A stretch of 64,000 bases of DNA from contig CACECO010000008.1 in assembly GCA_902558075.1 (NCBI GenBank), forward strand, positions 4,450 to 68,449, given 5' to 3'. Below, piece after piece: positions 42,354 to 52,130 of this stretch; the first letter of the stretch is position 1; each line of letters opens with the position of its first letter. Under the pieces are notes generated by a model that made no database searches, was not told the DNA's origin, and saw only the letters and a program-made list of their open reading frames with translations. This DNA comes from an uncultured Litorivicinus sp. GTDB lineage: Bacteria; Pseudomonadota; Gammaproteobacteria; Pseudomonadales; Litorivicinaceae. A program made the position numbers and the translations under genes.

Positions 42354-43269
42354 GTATTTAGTTGTTGGCACGGGTGCTGCCGCTTTACGTATAGCGAAAG
42401 TTCTAACGACCAGTTTTGGAGTGACAGAAGGAAATCTGATATTTTTTTCTCGCCGAATTGATTCGGAGCTTCTTGGAAATAATATCGTTATTAATTCAAT
42501 CTCATCACTCGAAGCGTTTGATGCAGTATTTATTGCAACGGAGTCCTTTGATCACTTGGCATGGGTAAAAAGGTGTATCGCTGAATCGCGGCATTGCTAC
42601 GTTGAGAAGCCGTTAGTTTGTTCCGCGCAGTTTATGGGTGAGGTAGGGCTTGTCGATCAAGTTGAGAACGCCAACATATGCGTATTCAATGGTTGCCAAT
42701 ACCTCTCACATCCATCTTTGAATACCCTCAAAACATTCCTAAACAACTCAAAAGCTGACGAAATTTTACCGATAATTTTCCGGATGCATTTGGGGCATGA
42801 TATATGCTCTTGGGGTTGTTGGAGAAACGAGACCAAACTGGACGATATTGGATTCCTAAGATCTAAAGATGGGCTATTTGACGAACTTATACATGTTTAT
42901 GAGATACTAGCGTGCTTATTTGGTCTGGAAGGTGAGGTTTTCGAAATTGGTTCAGACAACTTAATGCTGAACCAAAATGCTAGTGCAGGAACCATCTCAT
43001 ATAAAAACCGACACATATTTGGATCAATCTTGATTGAATTAGTCTCTGAAAATCCCATTTTTGAAATATATCTATCTTCCCGTGAAGATCAGGTACACAT
43101 AGATTTTAGGGACGATAATCTCGTCGATAGAGAGAGTCTCTTCATTAAACATATTGAGGCGTTTTTCGAGTTAATCGTCTCATACGATCCGAGTAAAATT
43201 TTACATAATAATAAACATGTGTTTGATGGCTTGCTCCTAAGAAGCAGGCGGAAGAGTTTTTTCCTATGA
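42331..43269 (+). CDS. Gfo/Idh/MocA-like oxidoreductase (PtmF/ElaA-like position)
   Basis: VGTGAA, VEKP, DELIH. Confidence 0.65.
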   Translation: MKDFTEGKYLVVGTGAAALRIAKVLTTSFGVTEGNLIFFSRRIDSELLGNNIVINSISSLEAFDAVFIATESFDHLAWVKRCIAESRHCYVEKPLVCSAQFMGEVGLVDQVENANICVFNGCQYLSHPSLNTLKTFLNNSKADEILPIIFRMHLGHDICSWGCWRNETKLDDIGFLRSKDGLFDELIHVYEILACLFGLEGEVFEIGSDNLMLNQNASAGTISYKNRHIFGSILIELVSENPIFEIYLSSREDQVHIDFRDDNLVDRESLFIKHIEAFFELIVSYDPSKILHNNKHVFDGLLLRSRRKSFFL

Positions 43270-43988
43270 GTATTAGCATTGCAGCGATTTGTGTGCGGGG
43301 CGGCTCGGTAGGTGTTGCGGGGAAAAATGAACGTGATTTCCTAGGAAAATCCTTAGTTGAACGAGCTATTAATTTTGCACAGACACTTCCTCAAATAGAT
43401 AGAGTAATCTGCTCGACAGACAGCGAGCGCATTGCTGATATCGCGTTAAAACGTGGTGCAGATGTTCCAGAATTACGTCCCGAGGTATTGAGTTCTTCTG
43501 ATGCAGCAAAGCCGGATGTGTGGAGATATATTATTGAAAATAGCTCGTCGTGGTTTGGAGAGTCTATAAATCTATTCTGTGATTTCGATGCGACAAATCC
43601 AATAAAGTCCGCGTTGCATTTTAAACATCTATACGAAGTTGTTCAGAACTCATCGCGGTATGACGGTGCTTTGTTGGTAAAGCATGCGAGGAAGAATCCA
43701 TATTTTAATTTATTGGAAGTCGAATGCGAATCAGGAAAACTCGTCATAAGTAAGCGATCTGACGGTATGAGGAAGGTGGTCGCAAGGCAACATGCTCCGC
43801 CTGTCTTTGAGCATATAGCTTCGATGTATGTACTGAAACCGGATTACATTCTACGAGCTGAAACACTCTTTTCTGGTAACTTATACGGTCTTGAAGTCCC
43901 TGAGCAATTTTCATTTGATATTGATTCAGAGTTTGACTGGGGTTTATTAGAGTACCTCTATACAAAATATGTGGACGATAAGATCTGA
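43266..43988 (+). CDS. neuA: Acylneuraminate cytidylyltransferase
   Basis: RGGSVGVAGKN, STDS, RPEVLSS, DATNP, ARKNPYFN, RQHAP, DIDSEFD. Confidence 0.88.
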   Translation: MSISIAAICVRGGSVGVAGKNERDFLGKSLVERAINFAQTLPQIDRVICSTDSERIADIALKRGADVPELRPEVLSSSDAAKPDVWRYIIENSSSWFGESINLFCDFDATNPIKSALHFKHLYEVVQNSSRYDGALLVKHARKNPYFNLLEVECESGKLVISKRSDGMRKVVARQHAPPVFEHIASMYVLKPDYILRAETLFSGNLYGLEVPEQFSFDIDSEFDWGLLEYLYTKYVDDKI

Positions 43989-44779
43989 TGAGAATATTAA
44001 TTTTAGGTGGCAGTGGTACGGCAGGTAAAGCGATAGTTTCATCTTTAGCAACATCAGAAAATGAACTAGTTGTATATGATCTTAATCCTGAAAAAGTTAT
44101 ATTTCCAAAAGATTTTCATCGTGGCTCTATCTTTTTTTTAGATGTACGGGACACTGATAGTTTCGATAATTTGTTCTTCTCTGCCGCACCAGTTTTTAGC
44201 GAATTTGATGCACTTATATACAATATTGCTGCGACGACCGAGCTACTAACCTTACAGGATTCTTCACCGGAAGAGATGAAATTTGAAAAGGCGGTTGATT
44301 TCAATCCAGAGATTTGGAATTTAATGTTTGATATTAATGTGAGCCCGGTTTTTAGATTTATAAGTAAGATGTACTATTATATGGACGAAAACCAAGATTT
44401 AGGAAAAACAACTCGCCTGAATAAAATTATCGTGACTTCATCAATTTATGGTCGTGCCATCCCGGACTTCAATTTATATCGTGGTAGTCAGTATATTAGT
44501 TTTCCTGGCTATGGTGCTAGCAAAGCGGCGCTGGAATATTTGGTTCGTTGGGCTGCGTCATTCTTTGGCCCTCTAGGGTTAAGAATTAATGCTATTTCTT
44601 TAGGAGGTGTTTTCAATAAACATGATGATCGATTTGAACAAATTTATGGTACCCGTGTTTGTTTAAGTAGAATGGCTAGGCCAACAGATATTCAGGGGAT
44701 TTACCCCTTTCTCTTGTCATCACACGCCGACTTTATTACCGGGCAAGTTATACGGGTAGATGGTGGTTACTTGCCGTGA
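43988..44779 (+). CDS. SDR oxidoreductase (PtmA/ElaC-like)
   Basis: GGSGTAG, SSIYG, YGASK, RINAISLGG, ITGQVIRVDGG. Confidence 0.83.
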   Translation: MRILILGGSGTAGKAIVSSLATSENELVVYDLNPEKVIFPKDFHRGSIFFLDVRDTDSFDNLFFSAAPVFSEFDALIYNIAATTELLTLQDSSPEEMKFEKAVDFNPEIWNLMFDINVSPVFRFISKMYYYMDENQDLGKTTRLNKIIVTSSIYGRAIPDFNLYRGSQYISFPGYGASKAALEYLVRWAASFFGPLGLRINAISLGGVFNKHDDRFEQIYGTRVCLSRMARPTDIQGIYPFLLSSHADFITGQVIRVDGGYLP

Positions 44780-46398
44780 TTACCCCGTCAGATGAAGACA
44801 ATTTTCCGTCAAAATCTAGCTGTCTCAAACAATCAATCAAGAGAGTGGTTCATGAATTTCGTGTTTTAGAGTCGGAGTTTGTAGACCTTGTGTCTCTATA
44901 CCTAGGGTTTCCTTACAAAAGTTTGGTGAAAACTACACAGTACCTTCTCCCTTATACAATCCTTATTAAATCCATCGAGATAAATAGTGAGATATTTGAA
45001 GTCAATAGTAGACCAAATAAAAACCCAGTTAGCATCAGAATTTCTAATAATTGGCTAGACTTTTCAGCTCTTTGCAGATCGCAAAATATCGCAGATTTGA
45101 TTCGCGATGGAGAATTTAAGTGCACTCCTTCGCTAGATCCTTTTCGAGCGCCAGATAAAATTTTTATAGGTAAACGGTTAATATACGGAATATTATGGAT
45201 AAAAACGATTTTTCAAATGATTTTCCGATTTGAAATTCGTGATATTGGTTTTGCATCAGATATCCGGCGAGTGTTCGGGTTAAAATCTGTCTTTAATCCG
45301 CACGTTCTAATATTGAATCCTTGGGAAGACAATAAGCACAACCACGATTCATCTCATGCTTCCATCGGACACCGAAGATTAGATTTTTTTAAAATACACG
45401 AGAGGGGATCGCACTATTCTCATCTTGCTTGGATTTTATTTTTTTTGATGCCTGTTTCTAGCGTCGAAGGCTTTAAGAGTTTGCATCAGAAATCAAATCG
45501 ATATCTGGCGAATTATAGGCTGGGGTCTGATGTCAATCTTGTTGCTCTGACCTCTCATTTTTCATCTGATTTGTTAAGAGCGATCAGGTTTGGATGCTGG
45601 GCGACCAATCGAGCTTACCCATTCAACCTAAACGTGGTTCAGCATGGAGGGCAATTTGGCACGCAGGAAATTGCGATTACAGAATGGATGGATTTGTATA
45701 TGGCAGATACATATCATGTCCTAGGCGACTGCAAGTATTTAGGAGTTCAGGGCGGTGAGTATACTTGCTGCATCGCGGAAAAAGTTGGGTTGAGTGTTCG
45801 CTCGACACGTCTCCAAAGATTGCCGGAACGAAAGAGTTTATACGGGAAGGCTCCATTGCAGAGACTTGGAGTTCTAATTGTTTTACCTACGGCTCCGGGT
45901 CGTAATCAACATTTCGTTACTTGTGGGTTAGTAGCTTCAAATGTTGACGTCTTTTACGCACGGATTGCACAGCTGGTGAAATTACTTGTCCCGGAATGGA
46001 GTATTAAAGTTAAGGTAAGCCCAAAGAAATTTGGAGTAACTTTTGAGGATACATATGTGCCGAGTGAGTTTGGCTATCTAAGTGTGGACGGCACAGTTAT
46101 CGGTCAAATTCTTAAATCGGAGATAGCGATAATAACTTATGATGGGACGGCAGTGCTCGAGGCGTTGCGTACAGGCGCTCCATTCGTGTGGGTGATTGAT
46201 CAAGATTTCTACCCTTTACGTCAAAGTATTATTACTACTTTAAAAACGATAGAGAATTCCGGTGTTGTTCATTTCTCTTTCCAGTCGGTTGCGAGATTCC
46301 TTCAAGATTGTGATGATGTTGATAAATGGTGGAGCGCAGATAAGACACGCGAATCTATTGAGTTTTTAAAATCAACCCTTGGGACTATGCTAGAGTGA
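44776..46398 (+). CDS. Putative transferase, LIC12162 (TIGR04331)-like
   Basis: QHGGQFG, ITYDGTAVLEAL, GVVH, VDKWWS pattern. Confidence 0.6.
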   Translation: MITPSDEDNFPSKSSCLKQSIKRVVHEFRVLESEFVDLVSLYLGFPYKSLVKTTQYLLPYTILIKSIEINSEIFEVNSRPNKNPVSIRISNNWLDFSALCRSQNIADLIRDGEFKCTPSLDPFRAPDKIFIGKRLIYGILWIKTIFQMIFRFEIRDIGFASDIRRVFGLKSVFNPHVLILNPWEDNKHNHDSSHASIGHRRLDFFKIHERGSHYSHLAWILFFLMPVSSVEGFKSLHQKSNRYLANYRLGSDVNLVALTSHFSSDLLRAIRFGCWATNRAYPFNLNVVQHGGQFGTQEIAITEWMDLYMADTYHVLGDCKYLGVQGGEYTCCIAEKVGLSVRSTRLQRLPERKSLYGKAPLQRLGVLIVLPTAPGRNQHFVTCGLVASNVDVFYARIAQLVKLLVPEWSIKVKVSPKKFGVTFEDTYVPSEFGYLSVDGTVIGQILKSEIAIITYDGTAVLEALRTGAPFVWVIDQDFYPLRQSIITTLKTIENSGVVHFSFQSVARFLQDCDDVDKWWSADKTRESIEFLKSTLGTMLE

Positions 46399-47153
46399 TT
46401 AGGGCATTAGTTGGACGAATCGATCGAATTTTTTTATACGGCAAGGTAAGAAGTTGCTTGGTATGGCTGTTTCATATGCGAAGAAAACGTATATGTAGCC
46501 AAGGCGCATTGGCGACTTTTCAATTGGGGGTTTTTTCAGATCAGCTCTCAGATTTATTTGCTATGTTTGGCAGCGATAAGGGACTGGAAAGAAGTCCGTC
46601 GGGATTACCTGCACACAGATACTCAGCGATTTATCAGATTCTTTTCAGGCCCTACCGAAATAAAAATTTCTGTTTCTTAGAAATAGGGATTGGGACCAAC
46701 CAGGTTGGTTTGGTCTCAAATATGGGGCTTGAAGGGTGTATCGGAGCTTCACTGAAAGCTTGGGAGAATTACTTCAAAAATGCACACATCTTTGCATTCG
46801 ATATTGATGATAGTTGTCAGTTTCAGTCTTCTAGGATTACCACCGGCCTTGCAGACCAAACGGACGAGGTTCTTATTTTCGAGTGTATGCAAAGATTTGG
46901 AAATCCAAAATTCGATATCATCATTGATGATGGGTTACACGCGTCGCAAGCTAACCAAAAGGCTTTTGAATATTTAAGGCCGTGGTTTTCTGAAGGCGCG
47001 ATTTACGTTATTGAAGACATCCATATCGCGGCCGTAGACGAGATGTCTGAGTGGGCAAAAAAGCTAGGCCTCGATTTTTGTTTTTACTTATCTGAACAAT
47101 GGAATGATGAAAATAGTAATTTAATGGTTATTTATCCCGAAGGTGGTTTATGA
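46395..47153 (+). CDS. Class I SAM O-methyltransferase (TylE/MycE-like C-terminal domain)
   Basis: GSDKG..HRYS, LEIGIG, GASLKAW..YF, DQ, FDIIIDDGLH, YVIEDI. Confidence 0.75.
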   Translation: MIRALVGRIDRIFLYGKVRSCLVWLFHMRRKRICSQGALATFQLGVFSDQLSDLFAMFGSDKGLERSPSGLPAHRYSAIYQILFRPYRNKNFCFLEIGIGTNQVGLVSNMGLEGCIGASLKAWENYFKNAHIFAFDIDDSCQFQSSRITTGLADQTDEVLIFECMQRFGNPKFDIIIDDGLHASQANQKAFEYLRPWFSEGAIYVIEDIHIAAVDEMSEWAKKLGLDFCFYLSEQWNDENSNLMVIYPEGGL

Positions 47154-48205
47154 GGTGGCTGATAACAGGTGCAACTGGTTTCAAGGGTGCATGGTTGAGT
47201 GCATATCTCAAAGCAAAAGGTGAGACTGTGGTGGGTCTCTGTGGCGGTGTTCGTAAAAGAAATGCGTTTTTGTTCGATTCAATCCATAAAGAGATAGACG
47301 CGCCTTTGTTTCAGTTCGATATTTGTGACTCGACCCAGTTGGAGGAAGCTATTAATACACTAAGGCCTGACTGCATCGTTCACCTGGCTGGGCAGGCGTT
47401 AGTTTCTGAGAGCCTCAGTGCACCTGAGGAGACGTTTCGCACGAACGTTGTTGGTACTGTATCGCTTTTGAGTGCTTTGAAAGAATATACTGACAGGCTT
47501 GCTGTCGTTTGCATAACCAGTGATAAATGCTACGAAAATAAAGAATGGCCGTGGCCATACAGAGAAAGCGATACGTTAGGCGGGAAAGATAATTATAGTG
47601 CATCAAAGGCCTGTGCTGAGTTGGCTGTTCGATCCATGATTCAATCGTATAAAGTTTTTGGTTCAAATATTAAAGTGGGAACCGCTAGAGCTGGAAACGT
47701 TATAGGTGGTGGAGATTTCTCTGCTAATAGATTGATTCCTGATTTTGTTCGCCACTTGGATCGAAGAGAAGTTTTAACAATCAGAAGACCAAACGCAACT
47801 CGTCCATGGCAGCATGTTCTAGATCCTGTTAGCGGTTATGTTCGTTTTGCAGAGGCACTTTATACAGATGAAATAGACTCCGGCGAAAGCTTAAATTTTG
47901 GACCCTCGATTGGTATTCAGGACTACTCAGTTAGGAATGTCTTGGATTTACTCATGCCTTACTTTGATGAAGTCAATGTCAGATACGAATCATCTGATTT
48001 GGGTAATATAGAGAGCGGGTTGCTAGCGTTGAGTCCCGAGAAAGCAAAGGATAAGCTAGGTTGGGTAGCAAAAATTTCTTTTGACCAAGCAGTTGACTAC
48101 ACTGCTCAATTTTATCACGGCATGAAGTCGGGAGAGAACAGCTTTAAAATGATGTCAGAGCAAATAAATAAATTTTTGTCTCAATATGATACAGCCAATC
48201 ATTAA
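47150..48205 (+). CDS. rfbG: CDP-glucose 4,6-dehydratase
   Basis: TGATGFKGAWL, TSDKCYEN, YSASK, RAGNVIGGGD, RPWQHVLDP. Confidence 0.93.
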   Translation: MRWLITGATGFKGAWLSAYLKAKGETVVGLCGGVRKRNAFLFDSIHKEIDAPLFQFDICDSTQLEEAINTLRPDCIVHLAGQALVSESLSAPEETFRTNVVGTVSLLSALKEYTDRLAVVCITSDKCYENKEWPWPYRESDTLGGKDNYSASKACAELAVRSMIQSYKVFGSNIKVGTARAGNVIGGGDFSANRLIPDFVRHLDRREVLTIRRPNATRPWQHVLDPVSGYVRFAEALYTDEIDSGESLNFGPSIGIQDYSVRNVLDLLMPYFDEVNVRYESSDLGNIESGLLALSPEKAKDKLGWVAKISFDQAVDYTAQFYHGMKSGENSFKMMSEQINKFLSQYDTANH

Positions 48206-48599
48206 AACATTACCTATCGGTGAGAACGTAGACGGCAATGTTCTAAAATTTGCCGACAAAGAAACTTTGAGAGAATCTGAGGAGCTTTACTTTAGTTCTG
48301 TTAAATCACATAGAACAAAAGGTTGGAAACTTCATAAAGAAATGATAATGCGGTTAGGTGTAATAGCTGGAGAAGTTTCGTTCTGTTTTTATAGTGTTGA
48401 TGAATCTCACCTTCAGACGACAACCCTAGACTTTTCAGCTAACGCCTTAATTTTGGTCCCCCCTAACATTTGGTTTGCTTTTAGAAATGAAAATACAGCG
48501 TCCGCTGTGGTAGTGAACTTAGCATCAATCGAGCACTCCGAAGATGAGGTTTTGCGTAGACCTTTGGACTCGCTGGAATTTATAAGGAAATTTCGATGA
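48186..48599 (+). CDS. RmlC-like cupin sugar epimerase
   Basis: ELYFS..KGWKLH, VPPNIWFAF, NLASIEH. Confidence 0.8.
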   Translation: MIQPIIKTLPIGENVDGNVLKFADKETLRESEELYFSSVKSHRTKGWKLHKEMIMRLGVIAGEVSFCFYSVDESHLQTTTLDFSANALILVPPNIWFAFRNENTASAVVVNLASIEHSEDEVLRRPLDSLEFIRKFR

Positions 48600-49369
48600 A
48601 AGCGGTAATCTTAGCAGGAGGCTTTGGCACACGTATCAGCGAATATACTGATTCAATCCCTAAACCGATGATTGAGGTAGGCGGATATCCGATTTTGTAT
48701 CATGTTATGAGTGTATTCGCTTCGCAGGGGGTGACTGAATTTATTATTGCTGCCGGATATAGAGCTGAAATAATTAAATCGTTTTTCCTCAATCTGTCTA
48801 ATTTGAACTCAAACTTTACTGTAAATTTGGGAACCGGCGAGGTGGAATATCACAATAGAAATTCAGTTGACTGGCGAGTGACAGTGGTTGATACAGGTCT
48901 GAATTCAATGACAGGTGGAAGATTATTAAGATTGCAGAAATTTTTAGACGATGCCCCGTTCTATTTTACTTATGGTGATGGATTAGCGAACGTAGATTTG
49001 GCTGGGGTTTATTCGAGGTTTCACGAGAGTAATCGAACAGTCGTTGCACTTACAGCTGTCAATCCAACAGCAAGATTTGGTGGCCTTGAAATATCAGATT
49101 CAGGAAGAGTCTTCGGCTTTAAAGAGAAGCCATCACAATCAGATATGTGGGTAAATGGAGGTTATATGCTCATGTCGCCAGAGGTTTTTGATTATCTTGA
49201 TTCCGATATGGATAACTTAGAGACCGATGCTTTACCTAAAATAGCGGAAAATGGCGGTATGGTTGGATGTAGGCATAAGGGTTTTTGGCACTGCGTAGAT
49301 ACCAAGCGCGATTTAGACTATATCCGTGGTTTATGGAGTACGAGGGAAGTCCCACCTTGGCTGGAATGA
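48596..49369 (+). CDS. rfbF: Glucose-1-phosphate cytidylyltransferase
   Basis: LAGGFGTRISE..PKPM, VDTG..MTGGRL, TYGDG, GFWHCVDTKRD. Confidence 0.94.
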   Translation: MKAVILAGGFGTRISEYTDSIPKPMIEVGGYPILYHVMSVFASQGVTEFIIAAGYRAEIIKSFFLNLSNLNSNFTVNLGTGEVEYHNRNSVDWRVTVVDTGLNSMTGGRLLRLQKFLDDAPFYFTYGDGLANVDLAGVYSRFHESNRTVVALTAVNPTARFGGLEISDSGRVFGFKEKPSQSDMWVNGGYMLMSPEVFDYLDSDMDNLETDALPKIAENGGMVGCRHKGFWHCVDTKRDLDYIRGLWSTREVPPWLE

Positions 49370-50262
49370 GGCGGATTTTGGTACTGGGTGCCTCAGGGTT
49401 TCTAGGAAATTATCTTTGGAAGCACTATTCGGCAAACGCTTGGGAAGCTGTGGGTACCAGTTACGCAACCTCAAATGAGAGATTTCTCAAATTTGATATA
49501 GCAGATCGCGCTTCTTTTGAGGATTTATTGCGAGCAGTTACTCCGGAGGTAGTCATTAATGCATCGGGGTATATAAATGGGATAGCTGAGCAGGCGGCGG
49601 GCATTAACAACTCTGTCGAGGGACAATCTGCTGCAGTAATAGATTTAGCCAGAGCATGTGTAAGAAATAAAGTAAGGCTCTTTTTGACAATGGGCAGCTC
49701 CGCCGAATATGGAGACATTAATCACAATAGCATTACGGAATCAACTGAGTATGGTGAGTTAACCCCTTATGGATTGATGAAACGTGTCACCACAGAAAGT
49801 TTAGCGAGCCTAGATTCAGACATGACGCAGATCATTGTCCTTCGTCCATTTTTAGTATTTGGGTTTGGCCAAAAATTTCCGAGACTGACGCCATTGATAT
49901 TGCAAAATATGGACAACACCAAATTCTTAATGAGTCTATCATTAAGTGATCGTAAAGATTTTGTAGCCGTGGGTGATTTTGTACGGATAGTCAGTCGTTT
50001 AGTAGATAAAAAAATTTATGATTTTGAAAAACGTTTTGATATTCTGAATGTCTGTAGCGGTAAAGGAGTGACAATCGGCGATTGGATTAATAAGATAAGG
50101 GTAGCATATGGGCGTCAGGAAATTGAAAGTTTTGCAGTGCGTCCGCTAACTTCTTTTGTGGGAAGTAACGTTAATTTGATGCATCATATCGGCCCATTCA
50201 AATTTGCTTGTCATGAGAATTCGATAAGGACATTGACGAGTGCTAATTTCGGTAATCATTAA
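49366..50262 (+). CDS. NAD-dependent NDP-4-keto-sugar reductase/epimerase
   Basis: GASGFLG, GSSAEYG, YGLMK, LRPFLVFG. Confidence 0.8.
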   Translation: MRRILVLGASGFLGNYLWKHYSANAWEAVGTSYATSNERFLKFDIADRASFEDLLRAVTPEVVINASGYINGIAEQAAGINNSVEGQSAAVIDLARACVRNKVRLFLTMGSSAEYGDINHNSITESTEYGELTPYGLMKRVTTESLASLDSDMTQIIVLRPFLVFGFGQKFPRLTPLILQNMDNTKFLMSLSLSDRKDFVAVGDFVRIVSRLVDKKIYDFEKRFDILNVCSGKGVTIGDWINKIRVAYGRQEIESFAVRPLTSFVGSNVNLMHHIGPFKFACHENSIRTLTSANFGNH

Positions 50263-51166
50263 TTGTTATAACGGAGCTATATTCCTCGGACGCGCAATAG
50301 AATCAGTTTTGTCGCAACGATATAAGCACTTTGAAATTATTGTATTTGATAATTGTTCTACAGATGAAAGTGCGGCCATTGTAGAAAATTATTTAGATAG
50401 CCGCATCCGTCTAGTCTCATCAGAGTTACCTGAGGTTGTCCCACTATACATGGCTCGAAATAAAGCAGTTGTTTATGCTAGAGGTTCAATTCTCTGTTTT
50501 CTTGATTGTGATGATCTGATGCTGCCTGGTCGGCTAGAGTTGATGGCCGACGTATTTGAAAAAAATGATGTGGATTGGTTGTGTACGGCATATTTGAAGT
50601 ATAGCGATGAGCAGAAGGAGTTTTCGTTACATCGACAAAGAAATTCTGGTCGTATAGTTTCCCCGGGAGATTTGATAGAGCGATATAACGTAGGGATATT
50701 GACCTGTGGTTACAGAAAAAAAGTTTTTGAGTTATTGAAATTCAACTCCGAATTAACGATTATCGGTGACTTTATTTTCAACGTGGCTTGTGCGGCGATG
50801 TTTAAAGGGCTTTATGTTGAAGTGCCTACAGCCATTTATATTGAGCATGGTAATAACTTGAGTCTGACCCGAAAGGGACTGTGGGCTAGTGAGTTAAGAA
50901 AGGTGTCTGATTTGATCGCGCCAATGCAGGAATCAACACGCTTTATTGCCGGGTGGCCAGTCACTTTGGGACTTCGCTGCAAAGCTTTGTCTTATTATTT
51001 GGATGCAGTTAATCCTGAAAGTAGAGCGTTAGTTATAATTAAGGCATTTATTGCATTGTGCTCAAATCATTCTTCGTTGGCGATACGTGCTTTTGTTGTT
51101 CTTATATTGCCGAAGAAGATATTACTTTTTGTCAAGACTTTTTTGGGTAGAAAAGAGATATCGTAA
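50240..51166 (+). CDS. GT2 glycosyltransferase
   Basis: SVIINCYNG, DNCSTD, ARN, FLDCDD. Confidence 0.9.
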   Translation: MLISVIINCYNGAIFLGRAIESVLSQRYKHFEIIVFDNCSTDESAAIVENYLDSRIRLVSSELPEVVPLYMARNKAVVYARGSILCFLDCDDLMLPGRLELMADVFEKNDVDWLCTAYLKYSDEQKEFSLHRQRNSGRIVSPGDLIERYNVGILTCGYRKKVFELLKFNSELTIIGDFIFNVACAAMFKGLYVEVPTAIYIEHGNNLSLTRKGLWASELRKVSDLIAPMQESTRFIAGWPVTLGLRCKALSYYLDAVNPESRALVIIKAFIALCSNHSSLAIRAFVVLILPKKILLFVKTFLGRKEIS

Positions 51167-51167
51167 T

Positions 51168-52130
51168 ATGAAAATTTTAGTATTAGGGGCTGGAGGGTTT
51201 ATAGGTTCACACGTAGTTAATTACCTAAAGGCGAAAGGAAATTACGTTGTTGGCGTCGATTTGAAAAAGCCTCTTTTTGCCGAAACGATGGCAGATCAAT
51301 TCTACTTGGGTGATCTTGGTGATCAGTTGTTCTTTGGTGAATCATGCCACGGAGCTTGGGACGAAATCTACCAGTTAGCCGCAGATATGGGTGGTGCTGG
51401 GTACATTTTTACCGGAGAAAATGATACGGCCGTCATGACTAATTCTGCTCTCATCAATTTGAATTTTGCGAGGTCGATTTCGAGAGAGCAAATAGAGGTT
51501 GGTAAATTTTTCTATTCCTCCTCGGCATGTATTTATCCAGAGTACCACCAGGTAAATCCAGATGATCCTGATTGTCGAGAGGAGTCAGCTTATCCAGCTA
51601 TGCCTGATAGCGAATACGGTTGGGAAAAATTATTTTCGGAGCGACTTTATCTTGCGTTAGCGCGTAATTTTTCAACGAAGGTGCGTATAGCTAGATTTCA
51701 CAATATATACGGACCTAATGGTGTTTGGCGAGGAGGCAAAGAAAAAGCGCCCGCCGCGATTTGTAGAAAAGTGATGGAAACGCCTAATGGAGGTACTGTT
51801 GAAATTTGGGGAGATGGTTCTCAAACCCGTTCGTTTCTTTACATAGATGACTGTGTGGATGGAATAATGCGTCTAATGGCGTCATCGCTTACAGATCCTG
51901 TAAATATAGGTAGTGAGGAGATGATATCGATTCGGAAATTGACGGAGTTGGTGATTGAGATATCGGGTAAATCCTTGAACATAAGCTATGTCGACGGACC
52001 CACGGGAGTCAGAGGTAGAAATTCATTTAACGAAAAAATTGAATCAGCAACTGGGTGGAAACCAGCACACAATTTGAAATCTGGGATAAGTAAAACGTAT
52101 GAATGGATTTGCGAGAGCGTCAAAAACTGA
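51168..52130 (+). CDS. GDP-mannose 3,5-epimerase-like SDR
   Basis: GAGGFIG, QLAADMGGAGY, YSSSACIYP, YGWEK, RFHNIYGP, GGKEKAPAA, GVRGRNS. Confidence 0.85.
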   Translation: MKILVLGAGGFIGSHVVNYLKAKGNYVVGVDLKKPLFAETMADQFYLGDLGDQLFFGESCHGAWDEIYQLAADMGGAGYIFTGENDTAVMTNSALINLNFARSISREQIEVGKFFYSSSACIYPEYHQVNPDDPDCREESAYPAMPDSEYGWEKLFSERLYLALARNFSTKVRIARFHNIYGPNGVWRGGKEKAPAAICRKVMETPNGGTVEIWGDGSQTRSFLYIDDCVDGIMRLMASSLTDPVNIGSEEMISIRKLTELVIEISGKSLNISYVDGPTGVRGRNSFNEKIESATGWKPAHNLKSGISKTYEWICESVKN

